Under the pieces are notes generated by a model, which ran no database searches, had not been told where the DNA came from, and saw nothing but the letters and a program-made list of their open reading frames with translations. Made by a program: the position numbers and the translations under genes. A DNA stretch of 60,950 bases, filler included. It is 6 parts of 6 records of this genome, joined end to end, with 100 filler letters (N's around TTAATTAATTAA, not from the genome) between each part and the next. Parts side by side here need not be neighbours in the genome. Positions count along the whole stretch, not along the records: positions 11,186 to 25,593 come from SRR31147125_932; positions 25,694 to 41,189 come from SRR31147125_933; 4 more parts are not named here. The stretch is one strand, 5' to 3'. Below are positions 20,990 to 32,357 of this stretch, one piece after another. Each line of letters starts with the position of its first letter. Positions within the stretch are counted from its first letter, which is position 1.

Positions 20990-22156
20990 TTAATCTCTGC
21001 TGTATAAGTCCCTTGTATAAACCTTATCACTGACATCCTTAATATCATCCGATAGTCTATTTGCTACGATAACATCACTTATTTGCTTAAACTCGTCCAA
21101 ATCTTTTATAACTTTTGAATGGAAAAACTCGTCTGCTTTCATAGTTGGCTCATATACAATCACCTCTATACCTTTAGCTTTTATTCTTTTCATTACGCCT
21201 TGGATTGCAGATTGACGAAAGTTATCCGAATTAGTCTTCATTGTCAGTCTATATATACCTACTATTTTTGGGTGTTTGTTAATAATCATTTCTGCAATAT
21301 GATCTTTTCTCGTTCTATTAGCATCAACAATTGCTGACATAATATTCTGAGGTACATTGGAATAATTGGCAAGCAACTGCTTTGTATCTTTTGGCAAACA
21401 GTAGCCACCATATCCAAATGATGGATTATTATAATGACTTCCTATACGCGGGTCTAAGCCTACCCCCTCAATAATCTGCTTAGTGTCTAAGCCTCTTACC
21501 TCAGCATAAGAATCCAATTCATTAAAATATGCTACTCTCATTGCTAGATACGTGTTTGCAAATAACTTAATTGCCTCAGCCTCTGTGGATCCTGTAAAAA
21601 GTATCGATATATCTTTCTTTATCGCACCTTCCACTAGAAGATTTGAAAAGACCTTAGCTCTTTTTGATTCTTCACCTACAACAATTCTTGAAGGGTAAAG
21701 GTTGTCATATAACGCTCTGCCTTCTCTTAGAAACTCTGGAGAAAATATAATATCTTCGGTTTCAAACATTTCTTTTGCTTTTTCGGTATATCCTACTGGT
21801 ACCGTTGATTTTATTATCATAACTGCATCAGGGTTAATATATAATACATCAGCTATAACGGCTTCCACTGTTCTTGTATCAAAGTTGTTCTTCTCAGGAT
21901 CATAGTTAGTTGGTGTCGAGATGATTACGTATTCAGCTCTGCTATATGCTTCATTACTATCTGTTGTTGCACTTAGGTTAAGCTCTTTCGTTGCAAGATA
22001 TTCCTCTATCTCCTTGTCGATGATAGGAGATTTTCTATTGTTAATCATATCCACTTTTTCTTTAACTATATCAAGCGTAATAACTTCATTATTCTGTGCC
22101 AATAATATTGCATTTGATAACCCAACATAGCCCATTCCTGCAATAGCAATCTTCAT
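20990..22156 (-). CDS. ugd: UDP-glucose 6-dehydrogenase
   Basis: [43 protein letters not shown]. Confidence 0.96.
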   Translation of the reverse strand: MKIAIAGMGYVGLSNAILLAQNNEVITLDIVKEKVDMINNRKSPIIDKEIEEYLATKELNLSATTDSNEAYSRAEYVIISTPTNYDPEKNNFDTRTVEAVIADVLYINPDAVMIIKSTVPVGYTEKAKEMFETEDIIFSPEFLREGRALYDNLYPSRIVVGEESKRAKVFSNLLVEGAIKKDISILFTGSTEAEAIKLFANTYLAMRVAYFNELDSYAEVRGLDTKQIIEGVGLDPRIGSHYNNPSFGYGGYCLPKDTKQLLANYSNVPQNIMSAIVDANRTRKDHIAEMIINKHPKIVGIYRLTMKTNSDNFRQSAIQGVMKRIKAKGIEVIVYEPTMKADEFFHSKVIKDLDEFKQISDVIVANRLSDDIKDVSDKVYTRDLYSRD

Positions 22157-22563
22157 ATTTATATCCTCTTTTTGTACTAAATAGTTTTAATCGTACATTT
22201 ATTATATAATTTTGCAAAATAATTTCTGTCTTTTATCATATTGAATACATTTGCAACTAGTGTAATAATTTTACCTGATTCAATACACAATATTCTTGAA
22301 TACTACTCGCATTTTTACACAGCTATATACTAAATAATATCTTTGTTAACCACCATATAGAGATATTTATTCAATTTCTATTCGCTTATATGTCACATTA
22401 GTAAAAACGAGTATATCTGAAATTTACCCATATATTATTAGCAATACGCCATTTAACTTAAAATATCTTAACTTAACATTTACTGGTTTAAAGCGACCAT
22501 TGCAGCTAATATATTCTATATTGATTACTAAAGTTTTAAATTACAGTAATTACAGTTTATAGC

Positions 22564-23699
22564 CTAAATATTAAACAGTCTATAATTCTTTTCAATATCT
22601 CTATCATTATTTGATTTTTCTATTCCATAGTTAAATGCTTTACTTGCAAAATATAGATACTCTTCATTGTCTAAATCAACAAAATCTTGTATTGCATCAA
22701 TATATTTCTGTTTATCACTCAAAGAAACATCAAATCCTACATTGAGTTCTTCTAAGTTTAGCCATGGTGTCTGGTCGCTGATGATTACCGGACAGCCTCC
22801 AACTAACGCTTCAGAAATTACATGACCATAATTTTCACCTAATGTTGGGAAAAGAAAAACATGGCTTTCCTGAAGCTTAGGTATAATATTCCTATGACTT
22901 AATATACCCTCATATGTTACTTTAATATTGTCAGGTAGATTGCTTATTACATTTTTGCATTCATTCCAATAAGCCTGATCTTCTATAGGTCCATAAATCT
23001 TATAATGCAAATCACCTTTTATTGACTCAAGCAAAGAAAGTGCGAATTTAAGATTTTTCTTAGGATGAATTCTTGAAATGAAAATCAGATTCAGCATTCC
23101 TTTTGTTTTAATTGTTCTCTTATCTAATTGCAACCTTGTATAATCAGCTGTTAAATTATTCACTACAAATATTTCTTTTGGTTTTTTAATGCAATTTATA
23201 ATATCCTGTTTTTCCGATTCAGCAGTAGCATGCCATCTCACATTATTATATAAACCTAATAAATTTGCAGCAGCAATAAATAATTTCTTCTTAAAACTTT
23301 TTAAACTTAATGCTCCTTTGGAAAATTCTCCTCTTGGTGCCAAAATGATAACTTTATCTTTTATAATCTTTAATTTATGCATTAGGATAAGAAAAATGCT
23401 CAACTTAAATGAAAAAAAGAATTTATATATATTATGTCATATTCAGTAGTTTTTAGCAATGTCTTTATTTTTTTAAGTGTTATATTTGTATAGTATACCT
23501 TTGCATTATTTAATTCTGTCCATTTGTCAACTTCTATTTCGGTACTTGATACCTCATCACCCAAATCTCTGTCATTAGTGATTATTTTAAAACTAAATTT
23601 ATCATTTAAATTACTAACTATGTTCTTTACAGATTGAATGGCACCTCCGCCTTTCTCAAAAGGTTCATAGAATTCCGTAAAAACCAAGATTTTTTTCAT
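22564..23699 (-). CDS. Glycosyltransferase family 4 (frameshift near 23410)
   Basis: KGGGAIQSV, YINSFF, LAPRGEFS, FISRIHPKKNL, GENYGHVISEAL. Confidence 0.85.
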
Positions 23700-24103
23700 T
23701 AATTTTTTCTCCCAATCAACATCATATTACTAGTAAGCACTCAATTAAGAACCATAACTTGTAACCATACTTGTTTAATTTTATAGATTTATACAGTTTA
23801 AAATACAATATAAGATTTTATTGTTTTTAATACGTAGAACCCAGAAAACATTTTACATTATTAGCAATCTATAGTCAAGATATATAAAACAATAATAAAA
23901 CATCATTTATATATAATGTATTCTTTATAAAGTAAAAAGATTGAAATAATCAGATCAGAATGCAAAATAATAAATTCCAATATTTTAACAATTTTTTCTT
24001 GAAAAAAAAGTAATTGTGTGTATAATAAAAGCGATACTAATAAAAGATTTTTATAAATTTTAAAAGTTATATATATAGATTATATACTGGAAAGGAGATT
24101 CTA

Positions 24104-24924
24104 ATGAGTGAGGCTATAGACAAAGATACCCACCCTCAAGATGAATTATCTATATGGGAATTGTTAAGTTTGTTTTTAAAAACTGGATACCCGTTTGTAT
24201 TATAATATTTTTAGCCCTTTTGGGAAGCATTATATATTCGTTTGTTATTAAGGAGCAACCAAAGACAGTTACTACTTGTAAAATTAGTAAAATGGTAATA
24301 TATGAGGACTGGGATTATTATCCCCCTGGTTTTAAACAAACATATATAGAGTCCTTAACGGATTATGTTAAAGAGAAATCTGGTGGTTCATTCATATCCA
24401 AGGCTACTTTACGTGATAATGATACAGAGGACGAGATATATGAATATCATCTTAATCTTACATATTCTTCATCTACTACAAAGGATCAAGCTGAAATACT
24501 AAATCAGTACGTTATTGAGTGGCATAATACTACTATACAGCAAGAATTAGATCGGATTATAGCAAACAAAGAGCAAGAATTAGATAATCTATACATTGAA
24601 TATGAAAAAGCAGAACAAGAATATAACTATTTTTTATATGGTGAAAGTGATATGAGTACTGAAAGTATTCTGAAATCAAATAGAGATGTTTCTTTTGAAC
24701 TTTGGAAATCAAAGAAAATAGAACTGCAAGATATCAAAGATGAGGTTTCTAATATTTCTGAATATTATCTTGATAAATTAAATATTTCACTTTCTACCAC
24801 AACATCTACTAATAATTGGAAACAAAATATTATTATATCATTAATACTTGGTTTTGTAATCTCTGTGGTATTTGTTCTTATGAAAGAGAGTTATTCTGAT
24901 TATAAATTGAATAAATCTAGATGA
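24104..24924 (+). CDS. Wzz-like polysaccharide chain-length regulator (frameshift near 24159)
   Basis: AAGGAG RBS and ATG 24104 give DELSIWE(I)VKFVFKNW; two terminal TMs with a coiled coil between them. Confidence 0.65.
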
Positions 24925-25285
24925 CGTTATGTGCAGTACACTAAAATCTATTGGTGTATTCATGGTACTACATTTTAGTGAGACAATTGAATAAAACAAT
25001 GTCTCACTTTATTGATATAATTATATTCTTTCTTTTTTATAAAATTTTAGACTTTAAATACGCTAAATACGATAAATAAATAATAAATCTTGGAGATTGT
25101 AATCCTTATATTACCTAACAATCTTTATCTGCACAGTTTTATACTGCCTTTTAGTTTGCAATTTCAATAGTAATAAACATCTATAAACTAAACTATTTAA
25201 ATAAATACTAGTATTATTGAGTGCGAAAAGAAAGCAATGTGAACATGCCAAAATTTTTGCGTTATATATGATTTGCGTTTATATA

Positions 25286-25364
25286 GAGACTGTAACAAAT
25301 TTTGTTACAGTCTCATACTGCATATTGTATATTGGTTGTTGAATAACTCTATTATTCAACAACC
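25286..25364. repeat. Two adjacent perfect inverted repeats
   Basis: GAGACTGTAACAAA-T-TTTGTTACAGTCTC (25286-25314); GGTTGTTGAATAA-ctcta-TTATTCAACAACC (25334-25364). Confidence 0.85.
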
Positions 25365-25376
25365 TATCTAAATATA

Positions 25377-25593
25377 TTATTTGTCTGCTTTGATTAGTTT
25401 ATTAAACATATCACCGAATACTCCGTCTCGATAAATAAAATTACATATCCTCATAAGATGCCTAGAAGAATCGGCTTCCCACTTTATATCAGGCAACAAA
25501 TGCGGTGCTGGTATCAGTGTAGATGGGCACCAGTTAGGATTAATCAAGTAGCCTATGGTAGAAATATCCCAAATAATTCTAGAGCAAGCCATC
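25377..25593 (-). CDS. Nucleoside hydrolase, C-terminal fragment at contig edge
   Basis: SRIIWDISTIGYLINPNW..PAP..RDGVFGDMFNKL. Confidence 0.7.
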
Positions 25594-25693
25594 NNNNNNN
25601 NNNNNNNNNNNNNNNNNNNNNNNNNNNNNNNNNNNNNTTAATTAATTAANNNNNNNNNNNNNNNNNNNNNNNNNNNNNNNNNNNNNNNNNNNN
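25594..25693. other. Artificial contig spacer
   Basis: N-run with TTAATTAATTAA. Confidence 0.98.
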
Positions 25694-25876
25694 TTTTTTA
25701 AAAATACTGCATAATTTTAACTAATTATACTTAAGTGAATTTTTTAAAACTCAATATGGGTGTGTACTTAGCTTTGTATAAATAGGGTGAAAAAAGCAGA
25801 GCTAATTGCTCTGCTAACTCAAAGGTTTTTTGGACACTTTGAGCAAAACTGATTGCTCTGCTAAATAATTTATATA

Positions 25877-27478
25877 TTAATACATATATTGCTGTATAAT
25901 ATCAAGATGCTTAGCTCGATATCCTTTTTTATCAGAGCCCAAATTTTCTTTGGCTAAGTCGTATACATCATCCATAGAATAGTTATAAGAATAATCGCTT
26001 TCTCTTAATACTTCGGCAAACATTGCAACACTTTTAGCAAAATCAAAGTCTGATGAATTAGTATTAAAAATTCTGTCGGTTTTAACAGGGTGTTTTATTA
26101 GGTTGCTTTTGTTAACGCCGTTTTCTTTATATCTTATTCTAATTTCAAAAAATTCATCTCCATACCCACCAACAGAATCTTCGCTTTGTTGATATTTTAG
26201 TTGTGTAGAATCGGTTCTTTCAAATTCGACCAAAACAACAACATCAGTATCCAGCCCAATTTCTCCAGCATCCTTTTTGTCATTATCAAAATCCCTATTA
26301 TCCATTATTCTGTTTTCATAGCCAATAAGTCTGTAATCAGAAACTAGAGTAGGGTTAAACTCTATCTGCGCTTTTACATCGTTTGCAATAACAAATAGGT
26401 TAGATGTTACTTCATCTACCAATACTTTTTTTGCTGCTGAAAGATCATCGATGTAAAAATAGTTCCCGTTTCCGTGCTTTGAAAGAGTTTCCATAACATC
26501 GTCTCTTAAATTTCCTTCACCAAAGCCCAAAACGCTTAAGTTAAGCCCTTGTTCCTTTTTGTCTTTTATCAATTTTTCCAGTCCGTTTAAGCTAGAAACT
26601 CCAACATTAAAGTCTCCGTCGCTAGCAAGGATGATTCTATTATTTCCATCTTCAATAAAGTGTTTTTTAGCAATTTTATAAGCCGTTTTAATTCCGTTTG
26701 CGCCAGCAGTCCCACCGCTTGCTTCTAACGAGTTTATAGCTGAGATAATCTCGTCTTTATCGTCACCGCTTGCACCATCTAAAGCAACAACAGAGCTCCC
26801 TGCATATGTTACGATAGATACTCTGTCATCTTTATCCAAAGTGTCTGCAAATAGTGAAAACGAATTTTGGAGTAGAGGGAGTTTATTGAAGGCGCTCATA
26901 GAGCCAGATGTGTCTATTAAAAAGACGATGTTTGAGTCTGGTAGCGCCGATTTATCTATGTCCTTTGTTTTAATTCGTATAAAAGCAAGCTCCTTACTGT
27001 CGTCAAAAGGAGAAGTTCCTATCTCTGTATAGATACCAAAAGGTTCACCGTTAAAAGTTAAATCGCTATCATAATTAAAATAATTAATAAACTCTTCTGT
27101 TCTAATTGCGCCCGTAGGCGGATTTTCTCCTTTTTCTATATATCTTTTTGCATTTGTATAAGATGCAGTATCAACTTTTAAAGATAGAGTTATTAAAGAT
27201 TCCTCTTCAACATCAATCGCTCTATTTTCATCAATGCGAGAGTATTTCTCACCACCAATCGCTCTATTTTCATCGATGCGAGAGTAGTTTTCATCTGATA
27301 AACTTTCTTCTTCCTCAGTTATCCCAAACGCTACTTCAGGATCATGGTCGTATCCCGTTGGGCTCTGTACAGCCGGTTCGCCTTGAGATTCATCAGCAGG
27401 AGAATCCATTGGTTCTGGTGCGGCACAAGATACAAACATCCCCATAAGAATAATGATTATAACTATAAATTTTTTCAT
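25877..27478 (-). CDS. YfbK-like von Willebrand factor A lipoprotein
   Basis: Lipobox FVSC; VDTASY, RTEEFINYF, MIDAS DTSGSM, ILASDGDFNVG, YRLIGYENR. Confidence 0.9.
   Translation of the reverse strand: MKKFIVIIIILMGMFVSCAAPEPMDSPADESQGEPAVQSPTGYDHDPEVAFGITEEEESLSDENYSRIDENRAIGGEKYSRIDENRAIDVEEESLITLSLKVDTASYTNAKRYIEKGENPPTGAIRTEEFINYFNYDSDLTFNGEPFGIYTEIGTSPFDDSKELAFIRIKTKDIDKSALPDSNIVFLIDTSGSMSAFNKLPLLQNSFSLFADTLDKDDRVSIVTYAGSSVVALDGASGDDKDEIISAINSLEASGGTAGANGIKTAYKIAKKHFIEDGNNRIILASDGDFNVGVSSLNGLEKLIKDKKEQGLNLSVLGFGEGNLRDDVMETLSKHGNGNYFYIDDLSAAKKVLVDEVTSNLFVIANDVKAQIEFNPTLVSDYRLIGYENRIMDNRDFDNDKKDAGEIGLDTDVVVLVEFERTDSTQLKYQQSEDSVGGYGDEFFEIRIRYKENGVNKSNLIKHPVKTDRIFNTNSSDFDFAKSVAMFAEVLRESDYSYNYSMDDVYDLAKENLGSDKKGYRAKHLDIIQQYMY
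27214..27293 (-). repeat. In-frame 42-bp tandem duplication in the VWA gene
   Basis: caatcgctctattttcatc(a/g)atgcgagagta at 27214 and 27256, encoding YSRIDENRAI twice. Confidence 0.9.
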
Positions 27479-27506
27479 TTTTTTTAATCTCCTTTTTGTT
27501 TTATCT

Positions 27507-27542
27507 ATTAATGTAAACACAAGAAAAGAAAAAACATTACAG
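27507..27542 (-). promoter_or_regulatory. Candidate ECF sigma promoter of the VWA gene
   Basis: CTGTAATGTTT-N13-GTTTACATTAAT, same motif and spacing as 28729-28764. Confidence 0.65.
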
Positions 27543-27546
27543 ATTT

Positions 27547-28173
27547 TTAGATAATTTTTTCAGATATTAAAATAAGATCGTTATAGCTATAGGCGGACGA
27601 CAAAGTATATGTCCTATTATTTTTTGTAAATATCACAAGAGAGTAATCAGCCTTGTATATCAGCTTTGCTTTAATATCGTTAATATAGATATCTTGATAG
27701 TCAGAATATAAGTGTAATTCATCACTATCCTTAATGGAAAGAACGATTTTATTATTGTTTATACCAGCCATTTGAAAGATGTTCTCTCCGTTATCGTGTT
27801 CGTATTCAACAATTGAATAGCCTACGGGAAGTGTACTGCTTAAGTGTGTATAGTCTCTTTGCAATGACGCATTTGTTTGTTGAATAATTTCTTGTTTTAG
27901 TTCCGCTTGTGAATCTTCTTGCTGATTCTGAGCTTCATCGGCGACTTCGTATGCCTTAGGTACCTCGGCGAATTGCTTTGGTTTTTCTACAACGCTTATT
28001 AATAAAAATGATGCAACAATAACTATAACAGCAGCTGCTGAAATGAATGAAAATATATATTTAGGTGCGGATTTTTTAGAAAACTCTTTGTTTTGATTCA
28101 GTAATCTCTCACCATCTTTTTGCGTATATGCTTTTGCAATCTCTTTAAAAAAATCTTCGTTATTATATTTCAT
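27547..28173 (-). CDS. Putative anti-sigma factor (single TM)
   Basis: Overlaps the ECF sigma stop; short cytoplasmic N-terminus, TM (SAAAVIVIV), extracellular domain. Confidence 0.65.
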   Translation of the reverse strand: MKYNNEDFFKEIAKAYTQKDGERLLNQNKEFSKKSAPKYIFSFISAAAVIVIVASFLLISVVEKPKQFAEVPKAYEVADEAQNQQEDSQAELKQEIIQQTNASLQRDYTHLSSTLPVGYSIVEYEHDNGENIFQMAGINNNKIVLSIKDSDELHLYSDYQDIYINDIKAKLIYKADYSLVIFTKNNRTYTLSSAYSYNDLILISEKII

Positions 28174-28705
28174 AATAGCCACCTTCTTTGATAATCTTTA
28201 TTATCTTCGCTTTAGCACGATGTATTCTTACAGTAACGTTGTTCTCAGAAATTCCTAACAGATTTGCAATCTCCTTATGAGATAGTCCGTGAGAGTACTT
28301 TAATAAAAAGGGTGCTTTTAGTTCTTCCTTTAGAGTATCTACTATACTTAAAACATCTTTCACTACGTCTTCTGTAATTACCAAGTCTTCAATATCAGAG
28401 CCATCAGATATGCTTTCCTCGTAACGATCTAAGGGTATATGATTTTTGACTTTTCTAATATAATTAAGTGCTGTGTTTTTTAAAACAATACACAAAAAAG
28501 ACACTGATTCTTTGCTGTCTACGTCGTCAATCTTTTTAATATTCTTATATATTTTTTCGTATGTTTCGCTAACAATATCTTCAGAAGCGACATAATCTTT
28601 GCATATTCCATATGCCTTATACAACAAAAGCTTTTTGTATTTGTTGTATAAATGCTCTATCTTTTCTGTTTCGCTAAGTATAAAAGTTAAAAATAACAAA
28701 GCCAT
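28163..28705 (-). CDS. ECF RNA polymerase sigma factor
   Basis: SEDIVSETYEKI (region 2), GLSHKEIANLLGISENNVTVRIHRAK (region 4). Confidence 0.92.
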   Translation of the reverse strand: MALLFLTFILSETEKIEHLYNKYKKLLLYKAYGICKDYVASEDIVSETYEKIYKNIKKIDDVDSKESVSFLCIVLKNTALNYIRKVKNHIPLDRYEESISDGSDIEDLVITEDVVKDVLSIVDTLKEELKAPFLLKYSHGLSHKEIANLLGISENNVTVRIHRAKAKIIKIIKEGGYYEI

Positions 28706-28728
28706 AGTGTATACCTAAATCACTTTCC

Positions 28729-28764
28729 ATTAATTTAAACAATATTTTTTTATAAACATTACAG
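28729..28764 (-). promoter_or_regulatory. Candidate autoregulatory ECF promoter
   Basis: CTGTAATGTTT-N13-GTTTAAATTAAT upstream of the sigma gene. Confidence 0.65.
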
Positions 28765-28975
28765 TAAAAAGTAATATAATTTTATTATACAATACTTTAT
28801 ACGCATTTGTAATGATAGGATACATGAGCATTATTAACTTATTATTTTAAAATATATGATGGTACTAAATTTGATTTACTAAAAATAAAAGTTCATATGC
28901 TTTGTTAAATGATATTAATTTTTCAATATATTGTACAAATAATTATGAGATAAAGCCTTAAAAGCCACTATTCTA

Positions 28976-29004
28976 TTGACAATCATTAAAATGGAAATTA
29001 TAAT
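28976..29004 (+). promoter_or_regulatory. Consensus SigA promoter about 265 nt upstream of cheW
   Basis: TTGACA-17nt-TATAAT exact consensus. Confidence 0.7.
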
Positions 29005-29268
29005 ATTATTAATAAAAAAATATTAAAAGAGGCGCAATAATGAAGGGTTTTGACGTATAACTGGTATCTGCTATGGTTGGATTTAATTGTGCTTTCTGCA
29101 TGCATTTTTTTCAGGAACCATTTGTTTACACTAACTACCCCATAATGATTTGTTTTTTATATTAAAAATCTTAAAATTTAAATAAATTTTTGCACTGTTT
29201 TTTTGCACACAAACAATTTGCTTTTTAGAATACAAAAATCTGAAAATATCAAAATATAACATATAGAG

Positions 29269-29748
29269 GTGATAAAGTTGATTGCAAAACAAACTAAGTA
29301 TTTAACACTAGAACTAGATAATCAAGATTATGCTATTCCTATACTTAAAGTAAAGGAAATCATAGGAATGATAGACATAACAGAAACTCCTAAGGTTCCT
29401 AAATTTATTAAAGGTGTCATTAACCTTAGAGGAAAGATTATTCCTGTAATAGACTTAAGGTTGAAGTTTGGTTTGGAAGAAAAAGAGTATAATAGTAAAT
29501 CTTCAATTATTATTACAGAAATAAAAACTAAAAATTCGCTAAACTTAAGCGGCATTATTGTCGATATAGTACATGAGGTTTTGGATATAGATGATGAAGA
29601 TATTGAACCTGCACCAAAGTATAATATAGAAGTAGACCAGGCTTTTCTTGCTGGAATGGGAAAAGTAAAGGAAAGAGTTATTATGCTTCTTGATATCGAT
29701 AAGATTTTATCAGTTGATGAAAATGCTGTTCTAGAGACAGTTGTATGA
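29269..29748 (+). CDS. cheW: Chemotaxis protein CheW
   Basis: [44 protein letters not shown]. Confidence 0.95.
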   Translation: MIKLIAKQTKYLTLELDNQDYAIPILKVKEIIGMIDITETPKVPKFIKGVINLRGKIIPVIDLRLKFGLEEKEYNSKSSIIITEIKTKNSLNLSGIIVDIVHEVLDIDDEDIEPAPKYNIEVDQAFLAGMGKVKERVIMLLDIDKILSVDENAVLETVV

Positions 29749-29777
29749 TAATGAAAAATTATAAAGGGGAAGTTGTT

Positions 29778-31730
29778 ATGAAAAACTTAAGCTTGAAGTT
29801 TAAAATTGGATTGCCGATGGTGACGATAATTACTATTGGGATGGCAGTATTGCTGATAATCGTTCTTACGATATTTAATGTACACAGTACAGAGATATCG
29901 GACGATTATCAGAAAGAAACGACTAGAAGTTTTGCAAATGCTGCTGCTGAGATGATTAATGAACCGATTGTTGAAGTTCGTGGAGTATCAAATGTGCTTG
30001 GAAACATGATTTCGGAAGGTGCAATTACAGAGCGAAGCTATTTTATTGCTTTGTTTCAAGATTGGACAAATGATACGGATTACTATAACAGTGCTACTGT
30101 GTGCTTAAAACCAAATATGGTTGGCTTGGATAGTGATTATGCTGGTAAGAGACTATATGGAGATAGTGGACAATTTAGCGTACATTCAACACCACAATCA
30201 ACTGTATATTTCCCTTTAGAGGGCGAGGATCAGGAAAAATTTGACAAAATAGTATCTGGTAATGCTGGCTATGACATAATTGTTGAAGGACCTTTTGAGC
30301 AGGAATTTGGCGGTGAGACTCAACGTATAATAAATATTATTGCTGCTATTGGTGATGACAATGAAGTTTATGGATACATGGATGTAGCTATTAATATAGC
30401 ATATATCGAAGATTTTGCAGATGAAATGAAATGGTATGATGATGGTTATGGATTTATAGCGAATAACCAGGGTGTGTTGGCATCTCACCCAGATAGAGAA
30501 TATTTAGGCGAACAGCTTTATCAATTTTTTGATGAAGAATATGAAGCTGGTTTAAAAGATGCTTTTGAAAATGGAAACGAATATTCATGTGAAAATTTCT
30601 CTGTTGAAAATAAAACAACATCAGCACTTTTGTTTGAGCCAATATATTTAGAAGATGGAACAACTTGGACAGCGGGGACAAGTATTCCGCTGAATGTATT
30701 AAATGCAAGTTTGATACAAACTACATGGGTTAGCGTAGGTATTTCTGTGCTTCTTGTTGTACTAATATTGATAGTGATGATTGTTATTGTTACACGTAAT
30801 GTCATAAAGCCAGTTACAAGATATGTTATGACAATGAAAGAGACATCTGAGCAAGTTGCTAGCGCTGCAGTACAGCTTGCAAGTGGTGCACAAGTACTTT
30901 CGGAAGGGTCTTCGGAGCAAGCGGCATCAATTGAAGAAACATCTGCAACTATGGATGAAACGTCTTCTATGGTTAGTAGAAATGCAGAAAATACCTTGCA
31001 GGCGAATAGTCTTACTAAGGCAGCAAGTGGAGCCGCAACTGATGGTTCTGTTAAGATGGATAATATGACTAAGAGCATGGATGAACTTGAAAAATCCAGT
31101 GGAGAGATTTCAAAAATCATCAAGGTAATTGATGATATTGCTTTCCAAACAAATATGCTAGCTCTTAATGCGGCTGTTGAAGCAGCAAGAGCTGGGGATG
31201 CTGGACTTGGTTTTGCTGTTGTAGCTGAGGAAGTGCGTAATTTAGCACAAAAAAGTGCTCAAGCTGCAAAAGATACTGCTGAGATGATTGATAATAATAT
31301 TGAGCTATCAAAGCAAGGTGCGTCTGTTAGCGTTGAGGTTAACCAGGCTTTGCATGATATTGTTACTAAGATAACTGATGTAAATATGCTGATGGATGAA
31401 GTGGCTGTTGCAAGTGAAGAACAAGCAAAAGGCACAGCACAAGTAACAGAGGCGATTGGTCAGATGGAAAAAGTTGTTCAATCAAGTGCAGCTACAGCTC
31501 AAGAGAGTGCAGCTTCCGCTCATCAACTTAGAACACAGGCAAAGACATTAGAAGAAATTGTGCTTGAATTAACTAAGTTGGTTAATGGTTCTAAAACTAA
31601 AAAAGGTTTAAAAAGCGATAAGAAAGAAAAATCGGCAAAAAATGAACAAAAAGTGTTGATGCCGAGTGAACATTCAAAATTAATCCAAACGGATGAAATT
31701 ATACCTTTGGATGATGGTGATGAGTTTTAA
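29778..31730 (+). CDS. Methyl-accepting chemotaxis protein with Cache-type sensor
   Basis: Two TMs, [17 protein letters not shown] (Cache), [33 protein letters not shown]. Confidence 0.95.
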   Translation: MKNLSLKFKIGLPMVTIITIGMAVLLIIVLTIFNVHSTEISDDYQKETTRSFANAAAEMINEPIVEVRGVSNVLGNMISEGAITERSYFIALFQDWTNDTDYYNSATVCLKPNMVGLDSDYAGKRLYGDSGQFSVHSTPQSTVYFPLEGEDQEKFDKIVSGNAGYDIIVEGPFEQEFGGETQRIINIIAAIGDDNEVYGYMDVAINIAYIEDFADEMKWYDDGYGFIANNQGVLASHPDREYLGEQLYQFFDEEYEAGLKDAFENGNEYSCENFSVENKTTSALLFEPIYLEDGTTWTAGTSIPLNVLNASLIQTTWVSVGISVLLVVLILIVMIVIVTRNVIKPVTRYVMTMKETSEQVASAAVQLASGAQVLSEGSSEQAASIEETSATMDETSSMVSRNAENTLQANSLTKAASGAATDGSVKMDNMTKSMDELEKSSGEISKIIKVIDDIAFQTNMLALNAAVEAARAGDAGLGFAVVAEEVRNLAQKSAQAAKDTAEMIDNNIELSKQGASVSVEVNQALHDIVTKITDVNMLMDEVAVASEEQAKGTAQVTEAIGQMEKVVQSSAATAQESAASAHQLRTQAKTLEEIVLELTKLVNGSKTKKGLKSDKKEKSAKNEQKVLMPSEHSKLIQTDEIIPLDDGDEF

Positions 31731-31757
31731 AAAGTATCGTTAAAAAGATAAACGCAT

Positions 31758-31795
31758 AAAAAAAACACTGCAAAAATTATTTGCAGTGTTTTTTT
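31758..31795. terminator. Bidirectional terminator between MCP and agrB
   Basis: AAAAAAAACACTGCAAA-aatta-TTTGCAGTGTTTTTTT. Confidence 0.8.
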
Positions 31796-32352
31796 ATTAT
31801 ATAATTTTTAACTTTCCCTAAAATGAGTATTATCGAAATTGCTAATAATGCTATTGATATTATTTTTGCTATATGTACAAGTTTTAATGCTGTAAAAACG
31901 AAAAAAAAGACAGCATTTATCAGTAAAATAACTTTTGCCCTTTTACCATAAACACTGATTTCTAAATCGTCTAATGGTTTATTTATATCCTCTACAGGAG
32001 CTAGATAAAAAATAACAGCCCCTGCAAATAGGACAATAAGTGATAAAACCATACCACTAATGGGGAGACTATTAATAACTATCATTATGCCAATTGTCGT
32101 AAACATCGAATAAATATAACATCGTAAGTGAGTTTTAGCATGAATCCCACCTGCGAAAGCGCGTATTGGCGAATATGATATAAGAAACACAATAATTTGC
32201 CAAGTCATTTTCATGACTAAACCTATTATTATGCAAGTTGCCAAGTTAAGAACTAACCAAGCTCCTTCTTTTAATCCAAATAAATAAATATCTTTATTAT
32301 CTTCATCTATAAGATTATTGGCAACTAAAACATTAGTAATCTTCTCAAACAT
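31777..32352 (-). CDS. agrB: AgrB-family peptide-processing membrane protein
   Basis: IYLFGL, IRAFAGGIHAKTHLRC (His/Cys), YLAPVEDINKPL. Confidence 0.92.
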   Translation of the reverse strand: MFEKITNVLVANNLIDEDNKDIYLFGLKEGAWLVLNLATCIIIGLVMKMTWQIIVFLISYSPIRAFAGGIHAKTHLRCYIYSMFTTIGIMIVINSLPISGMVLSLIVLFAGAVIFYLAPVEDINKPLDDLEISVYGKRAKVILLINAVFFFVFTALKLVHIAKIISIALLAISIILILGKVKNYIIKKHCK

Positions 32353-32357
32353 TTAGT

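Noticed and set aside
29027..29160. Lysine or c-di-GMP riboswitch in the cheW leader (AGAGGCGC start)
   Set aside because: The downstream conserved elements (GAAAGG/GCCGAA; GGCAAA..GACGCAAA) are absent; AGAGG is better read as an RBS
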